The notes under the pieces were generated by a model. It was not told where the DNA came from. It ran no database searches and saw nothing but the letters and a program-made list of their open reading frames with translations. The translations under genes and the position numbers were made by a program. A stretch of 58,353 bases of DNA, taken from NCBI GenBank assembly GCA_944390265.1, contig CALXPK010000006.1, forward strand, positions 1 to 58,353. The letters run 5' to 3'. Source of the DNA: an uncultured Alphaproteobacteria bacterium. GTDB lineage: Bacteria > Pseudomonadota > Alphaproteobacteria > RF32 > CAG-239. Shown piece after piece: positions 49,401 through 58,353 of the stretch. Each line of letters opens with the position of its first letter. The first letter of the stretch is position 1.

Positions 49401-49653
49401 GTCTAACTTTTGCGGTCAAGCAGACTTTATTTCATTTTATTCAAACAAGGCAGGGAAACACCGCCAAGAAAAGGAGAGCATCGCGGTCCGCAAGGCTCAG
49501 GCAGAGCGGCAATCAAACTGATGCGGTCAAGCTGGCTTCATTTTTAATTTTATTCAAACAAGGCAGGGAAATGCCGTCAAGAAAAGGAGAGCATCGCGGT
49601 CCACGGGCCTCAGGCAGAGCGGCAGTCAAACTGATGCGGTCAAGCTGGCTTCA
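49401..49653. repeat. Tandem repeat, about 2.3 copies of a 113-bp unit
   Basis: TGCGGTCAAGC at 49411, 49522 and 49635; ATTTTATTCAAACAAGGCAGGGAAA at 49434 and 49547. Confidence 0.9.
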
Positions 49654-49658
49654 GCTTG

Positions 49659-49989
49659 CTTGGTTCGAATACCGCCGATAAAAGTAAATATAAAAAAAGA
49701 GTTCTCTGCAACAAGCAAAGAACTCTGGAATTGGCGCGCCCTGCGGGCTGGAGGAAAAAATAATCTCCGGTGGAGATTATTTTAACGACAGGCGAAGATT
49801 TGTTAGTTTGGAGGCAAGCGAGAGCGCAGGCGAGAAACGTTACAAATCAAGTGACCGCAGCGAGTTAGTGTTAAAAAAACACTTACGAGCCAGAGCGAAC
49901 CTTGGTTCGAATACCGCCGATAAAAGTAAATATAAAAAAAGAGTTCTCTGCAACAAGCAAAGAACTCTGGAATTGGCGCGCCCGGCGGG
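49659..49989. repeat. 89-bp direct repeat (49659-49747 and 49901-49989) containing the tRNA-Arg 3' end and its terminator
   Basis: The copies differ at one base (CCCTGCGGG vs CCCGGCGGG); the spacer carries the palindrome AAAATAATCTCC-GGT-GGAGATTATTTT. Confidence 0.92.
49934..49968 (-). terminator. tRNA terminator (second copy at 49692..49726)
   Basis: AGAGTTCTTTGC-TTGTT-GCAGAGAACTCT plus T tract on the minus strand. Confidence 0.8.
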
Positions 49990-50050
49990 ATTCGAACTCA
50001 CAACCTTCTGATCCGTAGTCAGATGCTCTATCCAATTGAGCTACGGGCGC
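49974..50050 (-). tRNA. tRNA-Arg(ACG)
   Basis: GCGCCCG/CGGGCGC acceptor stem, D arm GCTC/GAGC, anticodon arm TCTGA-CTACGGA-TCAGA, TTCGAAT loop and encoded CCA. Confidence 0.97.
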
Positions 50051-50070
50051 ATTATCTGACAACAGAGAAC

Positions 50071-50099
50071 TTAATACAGCGAAATATTTTTTTTTGCAA
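50071..50099 (-). promoter_or_regulatory. Promoter of the tRNA gene
   Basis: TTGCAA-N17-TATTAA with TG upstream of the -10. Confidence 0.55.
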
Positions 50100-50281
50100 G
50101 TAAAATTTTCATAAATTTAAAAGAATTTTAATCTATTTTTTTTATTCTGCATTCAACAAAGAAATATGTTTTGTTTCAAATTATTATTTATGCCTTGTTT
50201 TTTTGATAAAAAAATCTTTACAAAGAAGAATAAAGGTGTAAAAAAAATTATGAACAATTTTTACAAAAGGTACTTGGTTAG

Positions 50282-51397
50282 ATGAAAAATATTGCAATAA
50301 AATTATCCATAGCTTCTCTGGCTGTTTTAGCATTCGGAGGATGTTCATATTCATCAGATGCGCTTTTCCCGTCTTTGATGGGGGTTGATTCTTCAGAAGA
50401 AGTCCCCGCTGTTAATACGGCAGAGGTCAAAAGCGGAGACATTCCTGAGTTAGGAACCACCAATTTTCAACCTTTAGAAATTTCTGAAGGAGGCAACACC
50501 GGTACTTTTGTCGGTCAAAAAGTTGTCACATTCAGAAATGAGCTGGCTCAACTTCAAGAATCCATTCGCAAACATAATGAAGAATTGCAAAAGATTCGCG
50601 CATCCGTCATCAACAATGCATTGCAATATCACAAATTGATTGGCACCATTGAAGCCAAATTGCAAGTCGGCACCACGCCGGGCAACCCGCAAATGTTTGG
50701 CATGTTGCAAGGGGCACAAAACAACATTCAGGTTATGAATGCCAACACCATTGCCTTGAACCAATTGGCCACCCGCATTGCCAGCGATGCCGCCATGACC
50801 AACTATTTGTTGGATTCCATCCGCGCCGCATATAGCGTATCCGGTGCCGTTGATGAAGATCACCGTCAGTTGCGCATTTTGGAAAACGAGACCAACCAAA
50901 CCTCCATTTTAATCGGCAGCTTGTTGCAAGAGGTGAATTCCGATGCTGAACGTCAGTTGCAATACATTGAAACCGCCCGCAACTACATTGTGGATTTGAA
51001 CACAGCCATCAAAGCCGGCAGCTATGGTGTCAGCAATGTTCCTTTGCCGGGTGCATCTTACACCAACGCTTCGGCCACCCAATTTAGCGCCAAATCTTCT
51101 CAATCATCGGGTTCGCCGTTGTTTGTGGCCAAGTTCAACAAATCAGACGTTAAATATCACGATGGTTTGAAACAAGCCGTGAGCAGTGCTGTTTCCAGAA
51201 AACCGGGAGTGATGTTTGAGGTTGTTGCCGTTTCTCCGGCCAATGGAAATGCTTTGACCAAAAACTCGGCTCAAAACAATGCCACCCAAATCTTTCAAGA
51301 GATGGTTGAAATGGGCGTTGGTCCGGAAAGAATCAGCCTGAGTTCCAAAACCAGTGCTGCAGCCAATTCAGCCGAAGTTCAAATTTACGTGAAATAA
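50282..51397 (+). CDS. Lipoprotein with coiled-coil region and OmpA-like C-terminal fold
   Basis: Lipobox FGGC; TGTFVGQKV, LQVGTTPGNP and GAVDEDHRQL segments; C-terminal MGVGPERI...EVQIYVK. Confidence 0.75.
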   Translation: MKNIAIKLSIASLAVLAFGGCSYSSDALFPSLMGVDSSEEVPAVNTAEVKSGDIPELGTTNFQPLEISEGGNTGTFVGQKVVTFRNELAQLQESIRKHNEELQKIRASVINNALQYHKLIGTIEAKLQVGTTPGNPQMFGMLQGAQNNIQVMNANTIALNQLATRIASDAAMTNYLLDSIRAAYSVSGAVDEDHRQLRILENETNQTSILIGSLLQEVNSDAERQLQYIETARNYIVDLNTAIKAGSYGVSNVPLPGASYTNASATQFSAKSSQSSGSPLFVAKFNKSDVKYHDGLKQAVSSAVSRKPGVMFEVVAVSPANGNALTKNSAQNNATQIFQEMVEMGVGPERISLSSKTSAAANSAEVQIYVK

Positions 51398-51412
51398 AGC
51401 AAAATGAGCTAT

Positions 51413-51445
51413 AAAATGCCCTGCCGTCAAAAGCAGGGTATTTTT
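51413..51445 (+). terminator. Intrinsic terminator
   Basis: AAAATGCCCTGC...GCAGGGTATTTTT. Confidence 0.75.
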
Positions 51446-51461
51446 ATTTGAGGAAAAAGCG

Positions 51462-52172
51462 ATGACCGCCGCGCAAAAGTTAAAAGATGAGTTGCAAAAT
51501 CTGGCAGATGAACAAAAAGCCAAACATTTGTCAAAGTTTTTTAAAACCGGCAAAGGCCAATATGCCGAAGACGACAAGTTTTTAGGCATCAATGTTCCGG
51601 TTAATAAAAGCCTTGTCAAAAAATATTATAAATACATTGCGCCGGCAGATATGGCCGAGATGTTGCACAGCCCGTGGCATGAATATCGCTTTGCCGCCTT
51701 GCAGTGCATGGTGCTGCAGTATGAAAAAGCAGATGATGAAAAGCAAAAAGCGCTGGTGGAAATCTATTTGAATAATCTGAGCGGCATCAATAATTGGGAT
51801 TTGGTCGATTGTTCGGCTCATAAAATTATCGGGGCTTGGGCCGTAAAGAAACAAGAGCTGAGCCAAATTGAAAATCTGGCCGATTCGCATAATTTATGGC
51901 AAGAAAGAATTGCGGTTGTGGCAAGTTGGGCTTTTATCAAGAACAAACAATATGATTTGACATTGAAATTGGCCGTAAAATTCATCAATCATGAACATGA
52001 TTTGATGCACAAAGCCGTTGGCTGGATGTTGCGTGAGGTGGGCAAACAAAACAAACTTGCTTTGACCGATTTTTTGGATATTTATGCCGCAAAGTTGCCG
52101 CGCACAACCTTGCGTTATGCCATTGAGCGATTCCCAAAGGCGGAAAGAGAAAAATATATGCAAAAAAAATAG
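51462..52172 (+). CDS. DNA alkylation repair protein (AlkD-like)
   Basis: FFKTGKGQY.E.D.FLG, INNWDLVD, DLMHKAVGWMLREVGK and RTTLRYAIE motifs. Confidence 0.92.
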   Translation: MTAAQKLKDELQNLADEQKAKHLSKFFKTGKGQYAEDDKFLGINVPVNKSLVKKYYKYIAPADMAEMLHSPWHEYRFAALQCMVLQYEKADDEKQKALVEIYLNNLSGINNWDLVDCSAHKIIGAWAVKKQELSQIENLADSHNLWQERIAVVASWAFIKNKQYDLTLKLAVKFINHEHDLMHKAVGWMLREVGKQNKLALTDFLDIYAAKLPRTTLRYAIERFPKAEREKYMQKK

Positions 52173-52198
52173 GAATAGTGAGGAGCTATTCCTATTTT
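52166..52198. terminator. Bidirectional terminator
   Basis: AAAATAGGAATAG...CTATTCCTATTTT between convergent genes. Confidence 0.7.
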
Positions 52199-52214
52199 GT
52201 AATGAGAAAATATT

Positions 52215-52802
52215 TTACATATAAGGCCAACCGATAACTTGGGTGATGACCACTTTTTCTTTATCCAGATTCATTGCCTCGGCCACTTTGTCCATATCCA
52301 CATAGCCGCGCACCACGTTGTTCAAACCGCGGCTGGCACAATAAAGCCCCACATTTTGATAAGCGGCGGCCGCATTCATCGAGGCATTTTTTACATCATT
52401 ACCGGTAAAAATCAAGGTAATGGGAGCTTCTTTGGTGTAGTCTTGCAAATTAATATATTGAGAAACATTGTCATCGGAAACAAATTTCAAAGTATTTTCG
52501 GGGGCTATATATTTCCAAATAGCGCCGGCTTTAATCACATAGACATTAAGGTCTTGTTTGTTTTGAGAAGTCGGAATGGTGCGTTTACCATCGTGAGAAA
52601 TTCCCCAAGCCGCATAAAGAATATTGCTCAAATCTTTGTCTTCAACCGCTTTCGGGCTAAATTCGCGGGTGGTTTTGCGTTGCGAGATAGCTTCCATCAA
52701 AGGCATACCGCCGGTAGTGTCCGGAGCGGGCAGTTTAATATCTTCAACGGCCAAAGCCGGAGTTGCGGCAAGTAAAAAGGCCGCGAGTAAAATCTTTTTC
52801 AT
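52215..52802 (-). CDS. Exported nitroreductase-family protein (SagB/ThcOx-like)
   Basis: Signal peptide; IKLPAPD..GGMPLMEAISQRKT.REF, KRTIPT and QNVGLYCAS.GL motifs. Confidence 0.88.
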   Translation of the reverse strand: MKKILLAAFLLAATPALAVEDIKLPAPDTTGGMPLMEAISQRKTTREFSPKAVEDKDLSNILYAAWGISHDGKRTIPTSQNKQDLNVYVIKAGAIWKYIAPENTLKFVSDDNVSQYINLQDYTKEAPITLIFTGNDVKNASMNAAAAYQNVGLYCASRGLNNVVRGYVDMDKVAEAMNLDKEKVVITQVIGWPYM

Positions 52803-52950
52803 TAAAAATATCCTCCTTGTTTTTGTGTTTTAATAAAAATATCTTAGTGCAGAGAAATAAAAATAAAAGCAAAAAAAGCACAAAGAGAGATAATTGGCCG
52901 ATATAAGCACAAATCAAGCCATAATCGGTGGAAAAAGTTGTATGTAAGCC

Positions 52951-54087
52951 TCAATCCAAGGTATTTTTATAGGCTTTGACGGTGAAAAAGGTGATAACAC
53001 TCATCAAAATCAAAAGCGGCCACAGGTCGGGCAAAATTTCTGCCCAGCCGGCACCTTTGAGCATAATGGCGCGGGTAATGCGGATAAAATAAGTGAGCGG
53101 GAACATATCCGCCAGAGCCTGCGCCCACAAAGGCATACCGTCAAACGGAAACATAAATCCGGTCAAAAGCAGGCAGGGAAGCAGCACAAAAATGGACATT
53201 TGCAGGGCTTGGGTTTGGTTTTTGGCAATGGTAGAAATAAAAAAGCCCAAGGCCAAATTGCAAATGATGAACAAAAACATACAGACAAACAACACGCTCA
53301 AACTGCCGAATACCGGAATTTCAAACAGCAAATTGGCAATCAGCAAAATCAAGGTGGCTTGAAACATTCCGATAAAAATAAACGGCATGATTTTGCCAAT
53401 CATAATTTCAAGCGGAGCCAAAGGCATAGACATCAAATTTTCCATAGTGCCGCGTTCTCTTTCTCGGGTCAGAGCCAGAGAAGTCATCATCACGCCGGTA
53501 AAGACCAAAACCATTCCGATAAGCCCCGGAACAATATTATATCGGGTAAATCCTTCGGGGTTATAAGATTTTTGCACCTGAATGGAGAAAGCCGGCGTGG
53601 CGTTGTTTTGCAAATAGGCCAAACTTCCGTTAAATTCTTTTTGTGCCACGGATTGATAAATGCCGTCCATGGCGCTGGTTGCACCGATAATGGAAACCGG
53701 GTCGGAGGCATCGGCTTGCAGCAAGAGTGTGGGGCGGTTACCGTGAATCACGTCTCGGGTAAAGTTCTCGGGAATGGTAATAACAAAAAGCACACGCCCC
53801 TGTTGCAAAAGTTTTTTGCCTTGTGCGTCGGAAGAAGCTTTGTGCGTGATGTTAAAATAATCTGACTTTTCAAAGGCGCTGACAATACTACGTGTCAAAA
53901 ATGTATTATCGCGTGAGATAACGGCCGTGGACAAATGCTTGGGGTCCATATTAATGGCATAGCCAAAAAGCATCAACTGCATCACCGGCAGCATAATAAT
54001 CATAATCAGTGTGGTTTTATCACGCTTCAGCTGAATAAACTCTTTGCGAATAAGGGCTCTTAAACGTTGGAAAGAAAAACGAAACAT
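52951..54087 (-). CDS. ABC-2 type transporter permease (YbhR/YbhS-like)
   Basis: KEFIQLKRD, LFGYAIN, RERERGTMENL and LTGFMFP motifs; AGGAG RBS before ATG 54087. Confidence 0.92.
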   Translation of the reverse strand: MFRFSFQRLRALIRKEFIQLKRDKTTLIMIIMLPVMQLMLFGYAINMDPKHLSTAVISRDNTFLTRSIVSAFEKSDYFNITHKASSDAQGKKLLQQGRVLFVITIPENFTRDVIHGNRPTLLLQADASDPVSIIGATSAMDGIYQSVAQKEFNGSLAYLQNNATPAFSIQVQKSYNPEGFTRYNIVPGLIGMVLVFTGVMMTSLALTRERERGTMENLMSMPLAPLEIMIGKIMPFIFIGMFQATLILLIANLLFEIPVFGSLSVLFVCMFLFIICNLALGFFISTIAKNQTQALQMSIFVLLPCLLLTGFMFPFDGMPLWAQALADMFPLTYFIRITRAIMLKGAGWAEILPDLWPLLILMSVITFFTVKAYKNTLD

Positions 54088-54088
54088 T

Positions 54089-55006
54089 TCAGTTCTCCTT
54101 TGCCTTGTTAAGATAATAGATAAACGCGTCCTCAAGCGAGGTTTCAATCTCTTTGCTTTGAAATTGAGCCAAAGTTTTTTGTGCTTCAATCAGCTTTTGC
54201 AGTTTTGTCGGATTGGTACCGCAAATGTGCAAATTTTCACCAAACAGAGCCATGGTGGCAATATCGGAATTATGTTCAAATTTTTGCCGCAACAACGGCA
54301 CATCGGCACCGGATATTTCAAAGGTTTTGAGTTTGGTTTCGGCAATTACCTGAGCCACGGTTCCGCGCGCCATAATATTGCCGTAAGCAATGTAAATAAT
54401 CTCATGGCATCTTTCCGCCTCGTCCATATAATGCGTGCTGACCAAAACGGTCAGCCCTTGGTTGGAGAGTTGGTTAATTTCGTCCCAAAATTCGCGGCGC
54501 GCTTTGGGGTCAACACCGGCGGTCGGCTCATCTAATAACAAAATTTCGGGCTGATGCAAAATACAAGCGGCCAGAGCCAAACGCTGCTTCCATCCGCCGG
54601 ACAAAGTACCGGCCAGTTGGTTGGCGCGGTGAGTCAAATGCAGTTTTTCCAAAGCCTCGTCCACGCGTTGTTTCACATGGTCCATTTCATAAATATTGGT
54701 TACAAATTCCAAGTTTTCGCGAATGGTTAAATCTTCCCAAAAGCTGAATTTTTGCGTCATATAGCCCACTTTTTTGCGGATGAGATCGGTTTGGGTGCAA
54801 ATATCATACCCCAAACACGTGCCTTCACCGTGGTCCGGTGTTAACAAACCGCAAAGCATTCGAATGGTGGTGGTTTTGCCGCTGCCGTTTGGCCCCAAAA
54901 AACCATAAATTTTGCCTTTGGGGACTTGCAAAGAAATATTGTTGACCACCACACGGTCGCCAAAGTGTTTGGTCAAATTTTTAACATCAATGGCCCATTT
55001 GGTCAT
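54089..55006 (-). CDS. ABC transporter ATP-binding protein
   Basis: GPNGSGKTT, LSGGWKQR, LLDEPTAGVD and STHYMDE motifs. Confidence 0.95.
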   Translation of the reverse strand: MTKWAIDVKNLTKHFGDRVVVNNISLQVPKGKIYGFLGPNGSGKTTTIRMLCGLLTPDHGEGTCLGYDICTQTDLIRKKVGYMTQKFSFWEDLTIRENLEFVTNIYEMDHVKQRVDEALEKLHLTHRANQLAGTLSGGWKQRLALAACILHQPEILLLDEPTAGVDPKARREFWDEINQLSNQGLTVLVSTHYMDEAERCHEIIYIAYGNIMARGTVAQVIAETKLKTFEISGADVPLLRQKFEHNSDIATMALFGENLHICGTNPTKLQKLIEAQKTLAQFQSKEIETSLEDAFIYYLNKAKEN

Positions 55007-55946
55007 GGCGGTCAATCCTTATGGTTACCGGTTGTCCGGGGTGCAGATTTTGTTTTTTGTCGGCAAACACGGCCTCAATCATATAAACCAGTTTTTCGCG
55101 GCTTTCCACGCTGTAAATAACCGGCGGCGTAAACTCGCTTTGTGTTGAGATAAAAGAAACTTTGGCTTCAAGCGGCATCCGGCACCCGTCGCAATTAATA
55201 CTTAAAGGCATATTGAGTTTGATTTTGGGCAAGATTTTTTGCGGCACAAAGAAGCGGATTTTAACATTTTCGGGTGGCAAAATGGCCACAACCGGATTTC
55301 CGTTCGGCACAAATTCTCCCAGCCGGAAATAAACATCTTCCACTTGCCCGCCAACCTTAGATTTAACCAAATTATTTTCAGCTTGTTTTTTGATTTTAAT
55401 CAAATTTTGTTTGGCAATTTCAATATCATTTTGCGCTGCTTTGAGCTCATCTTCTCGGGCAGATAATTTGGCCGATTCGAGCGAGGCTTCAAGCTCGGCC
55501 ACTTTTTCTTTGGCGCTTTGATAATCTGCGGTTTTCTTGTCATAGTCCGACTTGCTGACAATATTGGTTTTGACCAAATTTTTGGCGCGTTTATATTCTT
55601 TTTCGGCATTTTCCAACAAAGCGTCAGCCTGTGCTTTTTGCTTGATGATGACTTCAAGTTCTTGCTTGCGTTTGCCTTTGCTCAAATTTGCCAAATTGGC
55701 ATAAGCCTTATCAAGCTCATTTTGTGCCTGCACCAAGTTTGCTGACCAAATTTCATTATCAATGGCAAAAAGGTCATCGCCGATATCAATTTTCTGCCCT
55801 TTGCTCACAAATATTTCATCTAAAATACCTGAGGTGTATGGCGAAATATAAACATATTCACCTTCAACATAGCCGTTAAATTCATTATCCGATGACGGCG
55901 CGCAAGCAGACAAAAGAAGTAGGGCTGAAAAGATAAATTTTCTCAT
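54987..55946 (-). CDS. HlyD-family membrane fusion lipoprotein (YbhG-like)
   Basis: LSAC lipobox, GYVEGEYV, coiled coil and EFTPPVIYS motif. Confidence 0.92.
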   Translation of the reverse strand: MRKFIFSALLLLSACAPSSDNEFNGYVEGEYVYISPYTSGILDEIFVSKGQKIDIGDDLFAIDNEIWSANLVQAQNELDKAYANLANLSKGKRKQELEVIIKQKAQADALLENAEKEYKRAKNLVKTNIVSKSDYDKKTADYQSAKEKVAELEASLESAKLSAREDELKAAQNDIEIAKQNLIKIKKQAENNLVKSKVGGQVEDVYFRLGEFVPNGNPVVAILPPENVKIRFFVPQKILPKIKLNMPLSINCDGCRMPLEAKVSFISTQSEFTPPVIYSVESREKLVYMIEAVFADKKQNLHPGQPVTIRIDRHDQMGH

Positions 55947-56575
55947 TTGTCCTCCTTTGCCGCATCAAGCACGGCATCGCAGTTTTGTGCCAAAGTTTTT
56001 TGAATGGCTTGCACCAGTTCCGGTGTATATTTTTGGATTCCCAAACGGCGGAATAACGATTCGCGGTGGATTCGAAACATCACCGCCTGCCCAAACAAAC
56101 TATGCGTTAACAAAATAACCTTAAGGTCCGTATCGGCAACACCCAAGTCCTGCGAAATCAGCTGAGCAAAATGTTTATGCATCGGCTCAAACACTTCGGT
56201 GTAAAAATAGGTATATGCCTCGGAAGGATGAACCAATTCTTTGAGTAAGAGTTCAACTTTGGCATTTTGGGTTTTATCATCACAAAGAAAATATAAAAAC
56301 TGCGACAAAATAAATTTCAGTTCTTCACGCGGAGATAGTGCCGAGGTAGGTTTATCCAAAGCCTTATCAATAAAATTTTGCTTAATGAAGAGTGACAAAT
56401 TTTGAATGGCGGCATCATAAAGTTTTTGCTTGCTGCCGAAATAATAGTTAATGGAACAAAGGTTAACTTTGGCTTCTTTGGCAATATCGCGGGTGGAAAC
56501 ACCGTCCGGCCCATATTTTGCAAAAAGTTCGGAGGCTTTTGCCAGCAATTTTTCTTTGGTCGAGGTCATACCCAT
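55943..56575 (-). CDS. TetR-family regulator (CecR/YbiH-like)
   Basis: HTH STRDIAKEAKVNLCSINYYFGSK; first gene of the efflux operon. Confidence 0.9.
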   Translation of the reverse strand: MGMTSTKEKLLAKASELFAKYGPDGVSTRDIAKEAKVNLCSINYYFGSKQKLYDAAIQNLSLFIKQNFIDKALDKPTSALSPREELKFILSQFLYFLCDDKTQNAKVELLLKELVHPSEAYTYFYTEVFEPMHKHFAQLISQDLGVADTDLKVILLTHSLFGQAVMFRIHRESLFRRLGIQKYTPELVQAIQKTLAQNCDAVLDAAKEDK

Positions 56576-56606
56576 CTCCTTAAAGGAAAATTTTTAATAT
56601 GAAATA

Positions 56607-56643
56607 AGTATAACACAAATAAAAAATTAAGTCAAACGTTTGA
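56607..56643 (-). promoter_or_regulatory. Sigma70 promoter of the efflux operon with an overlapping palindromic operator
   Basis: TTGACT-N17-TATACT with extended TG; palindrome TCAAACGTTTGA (56632-56643) overlaps the -35 box. Confidence 0.75.
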
Positions 56644-56657
56644 AATATTTTTAAAGT

Positions 56658-56691
56658 AAAAAAATAAAGGTCGGAGTTTTCCGACCTTTAT
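56658..56691 (-). terminator. Terminator after feoB
   Basis: ATAAAGGTCGGA-GTTT-TCCGACCTTTAT plus T tract on the minus strand. Confidence 0.8.
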
Positions 56692-56706
56692 CAAATCAGA
56701 CCATGC

Positions 56707-58353
56707 TTAAAAAATCAGTTGCAGGCCGGTGTAGATGATGAAAGCCGCCAACCAAGCAATAAAGCATTGCAATAACACAATCGACAAAGCATAGCGTGTG
56801 CCGAGCTCTTTTTTAACCGTGGCAATGGCGGCCACACATGGGGTGTAGAGCAAAGAGAAAACCAAGAAAGAATAAGCGCTGAGCGGGGTTAAAATCGTCG
56901 GCAACAGTTCAATCTTGCCTTCAAGCAAAACACCAAGCGTGCTGACCACGCTTTCTTTGGCGGCAAATCCGCTCAAAAAGGCGGTAGACAAGCGCCAATC
57001 ATCGATTCCAAGAGGTGCAAAAATCGGCGTAATCAGGCTACCGATACTGCTCAAAATGCTGTCCGCCGAGTTAGAAACCAAATTGAGGCGGCTGTCAAAA
57101 GAGCTTAAGAACCAAATGATGATGGTGGCCACAAAAATAATGGTGAAGGCTTTGGTGATGAAATATTTGGCCTTATAATAAATCAGGCGCCAAACATTTT
57201 TCAGTCCCGGCAGACGATAGTTTGGAAGCTCCATCACAAAAGGTACGGCCTCACCGCGAAAAACGGTAGATTTGAAAATGAAAGCCAAAACCAAACCAAC
57301 CAAAATGCCCAAAACATACAAACTGATAATGACCAAAGTTTGATATTGAGCAAAGAAAGCGGCGGTGAGCAAAACATAAATCGGCAGCTTGGCGGTGCAA
57401 CTCATAAACGGAGTGAGCATGATTGTCATCTTGCGGTCGCGTTCAGACGGAAGCGTGCGTGCCGCCATAATGGCCGGTACCGAGCAACCAAAACCAATCA
57501 GCATCGGCACAAAACTGCGGCCGGAAAGACCGAGCTTACGCAAGAGCTTGTCCATAAAGAAAGCCACGCGCGCCATATAGCCGCTGTCTTCCAGCAAAGA
57601 GAGAAAGAAGAACAATAAAACAATCACCGGCAAAAAGCTCAAAACACTGCCGACACCGGCAAAAATACCGTCAACCACCAGCGAGATAACCACCGGGTTC
57701 ATGCCATAGTTTTGCAAACCAAGGCGCACTTCTTCTCCCAACATATCAATCAGTTTCTCGACCAAACCGGAAAGATAAGTTCCCATCGGACCGAAAGAAA
57801 GATAAAAGACCAAGGCCATCAGAAGCAGGAAAACCGGCAGAGCCGTCCATTTTCCGGTCAAAATGCGGTCAAATTTTTCGCTTCGGCTGCGTTCTTTGGT
57901 TTGCTCCGGCTTAAAGACACATTCTTGGCAAACTTGGCCGATAAAGGTAAAGCGCATATCAGCCATGGCGGCTTCTCGGTCCATACCGGAATCTTCTTCC
58001 ATCTGCTCAACGATTTGTTCCAAAATATCGGTGTGGTCTTTATCCAAATGCAAGGCTTTGCGGATGGGTTCATCACCTTCGGTGAGTTTGGAAGCGGCAA
58101 AACGCAGCGGAATGCCGGCCGCGGCGGCATCATTTTCAATCAAGTGAATAATCGAGTGAATGCAGCGGTGCAAAGCGCCTTTGTCTTTGCCGTCGCTCGG
58201 GCAAAAGTCCACTCTGTCCGGCACTTCGCGATACCGTGCCACGTTCACAGCGTGTTCAATGAACTCATGCACAACCTCATCCTCGAGGGCGGCAATCCGA
58301 ATCACCCGCACCCCCAGAATGGCGTCCAAGACGCTGATATCAATGCTCGCACC
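56707..58353 (-). CDS. feoB: Ferrous iron transporter FeoB (5'-truncated by the window end)
   Basis: LEDSGYMARVAF, GFGCSVPAIM, FMSCTAKLP, FVMELPNY, AKESVV and LYTPCVA motifs; GTPase domain mostly outside the window. Confidence 0.96.
   Translation of the reverse strand, partial: GASIDISVLDAILGVRVIRIAALEDEVVHEFIEHAVNVARYREVPDRVDFCPSDGKDKGALHRCIHSIIHLIENDAAAAGIPLRFAASKLTEGDEPIRKALHLDKDHTDILEQIVEQMEEDSGMDREAAMADMRFTFIGQVCQECVFKPEQTKERSRSEKFDRILTGKWTALPVFLLLMALVFYLSFGPMGTYLSGLVEKLIDMLGEEVRLGLQNYGMNPVVISLVVDGIFAGVGSVLSFLPVIVLLFFFLSLLEDSGYMARVAFFMDKLLRKLGLSGRSFVPMLIGFGCSVPAIMAARTLPSERDRKMTIMLTPFMSCTAKLPIYVLLTAAFFAQYQTLVIISLYVLGILVGLVLAFIFKSTVFRGEAVPFVMELPNYRLPGLKNVWRLIYYKAKYFITKAFTIIFVATIIIWFLSSFDSRLNLVSNSADSILSSIGSLITPIFAPLGIDDWRLSTAFLSGFAAKESVVSTLGVLLEGKIELLPTILTPLSAYSFLVFSLLYTPCVAAIATVKKELGTRYALSIVLLQCFIAWLAAFIIYTGLQLIF

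Noticed and set aside
49401-49989. Repeat complex as a CRISPR array, prophage or second tRNA gene
   Set aside because: No repeat-spacer alternation, no cas or integrase genes, and the duplicated tRNA part is only 16 nt with no cloverleaf
58250-58353. Apparently aberrant FeoB G5 region (LGVRVIRIAALEDEVVHEF)
   Set aside because: It lies at the very end of the window, where low-quality consensus is plausible; cannot be interpreted without reads or the rest of the gene

Overview
A compact chromosomal region of an alphaproteobacterium. Gene content and order look Rhodospirillales-like, possibly a streamlined host-associated lineage such as RF32 (inference). Core genes: gyrB, xthA, lolA, PTS HPr/EIIA, recF-dnaN-dnaA, rpsT, mutM, tsaB, a Lon-like protease, yejAB, accA, rmuC, ihfB, lapA, accD, dnaK, dnaJ, tRNA-Arg(ACG), an efflux operon with a TetR regulator, and a partial feoB. 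Accessory or unusual elements: (1) an AT-rich islet at 6.7-8.1 kb with a complete type III toxin-antitoxin locus (TenpN-like toxin plus two 51-nt pseudoknot repeats and a terminator), a structured C4-like RNA/attenuator, and a lipoprotein gene frameshifted in an A7 tract; (2) two large orphan genes (about 1240 and 595 aa) inserted antisense between dnaK and dnaJ, with hydrophobic helices, an LPD7-like segment and charged C-terminal tails suggestive of secreted substrates; (3) a repeat complex downstream of tRNA-Arg, with a related copy after accD; (4) several apparently reduced alphaproteobacterial proteins (UbiB-like, kinase-less DivL-like, mini TipN/GPR-like, EEP-like, variant AMP phosphorylase). 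All family calls come from recalled motifs; no database searches were run.
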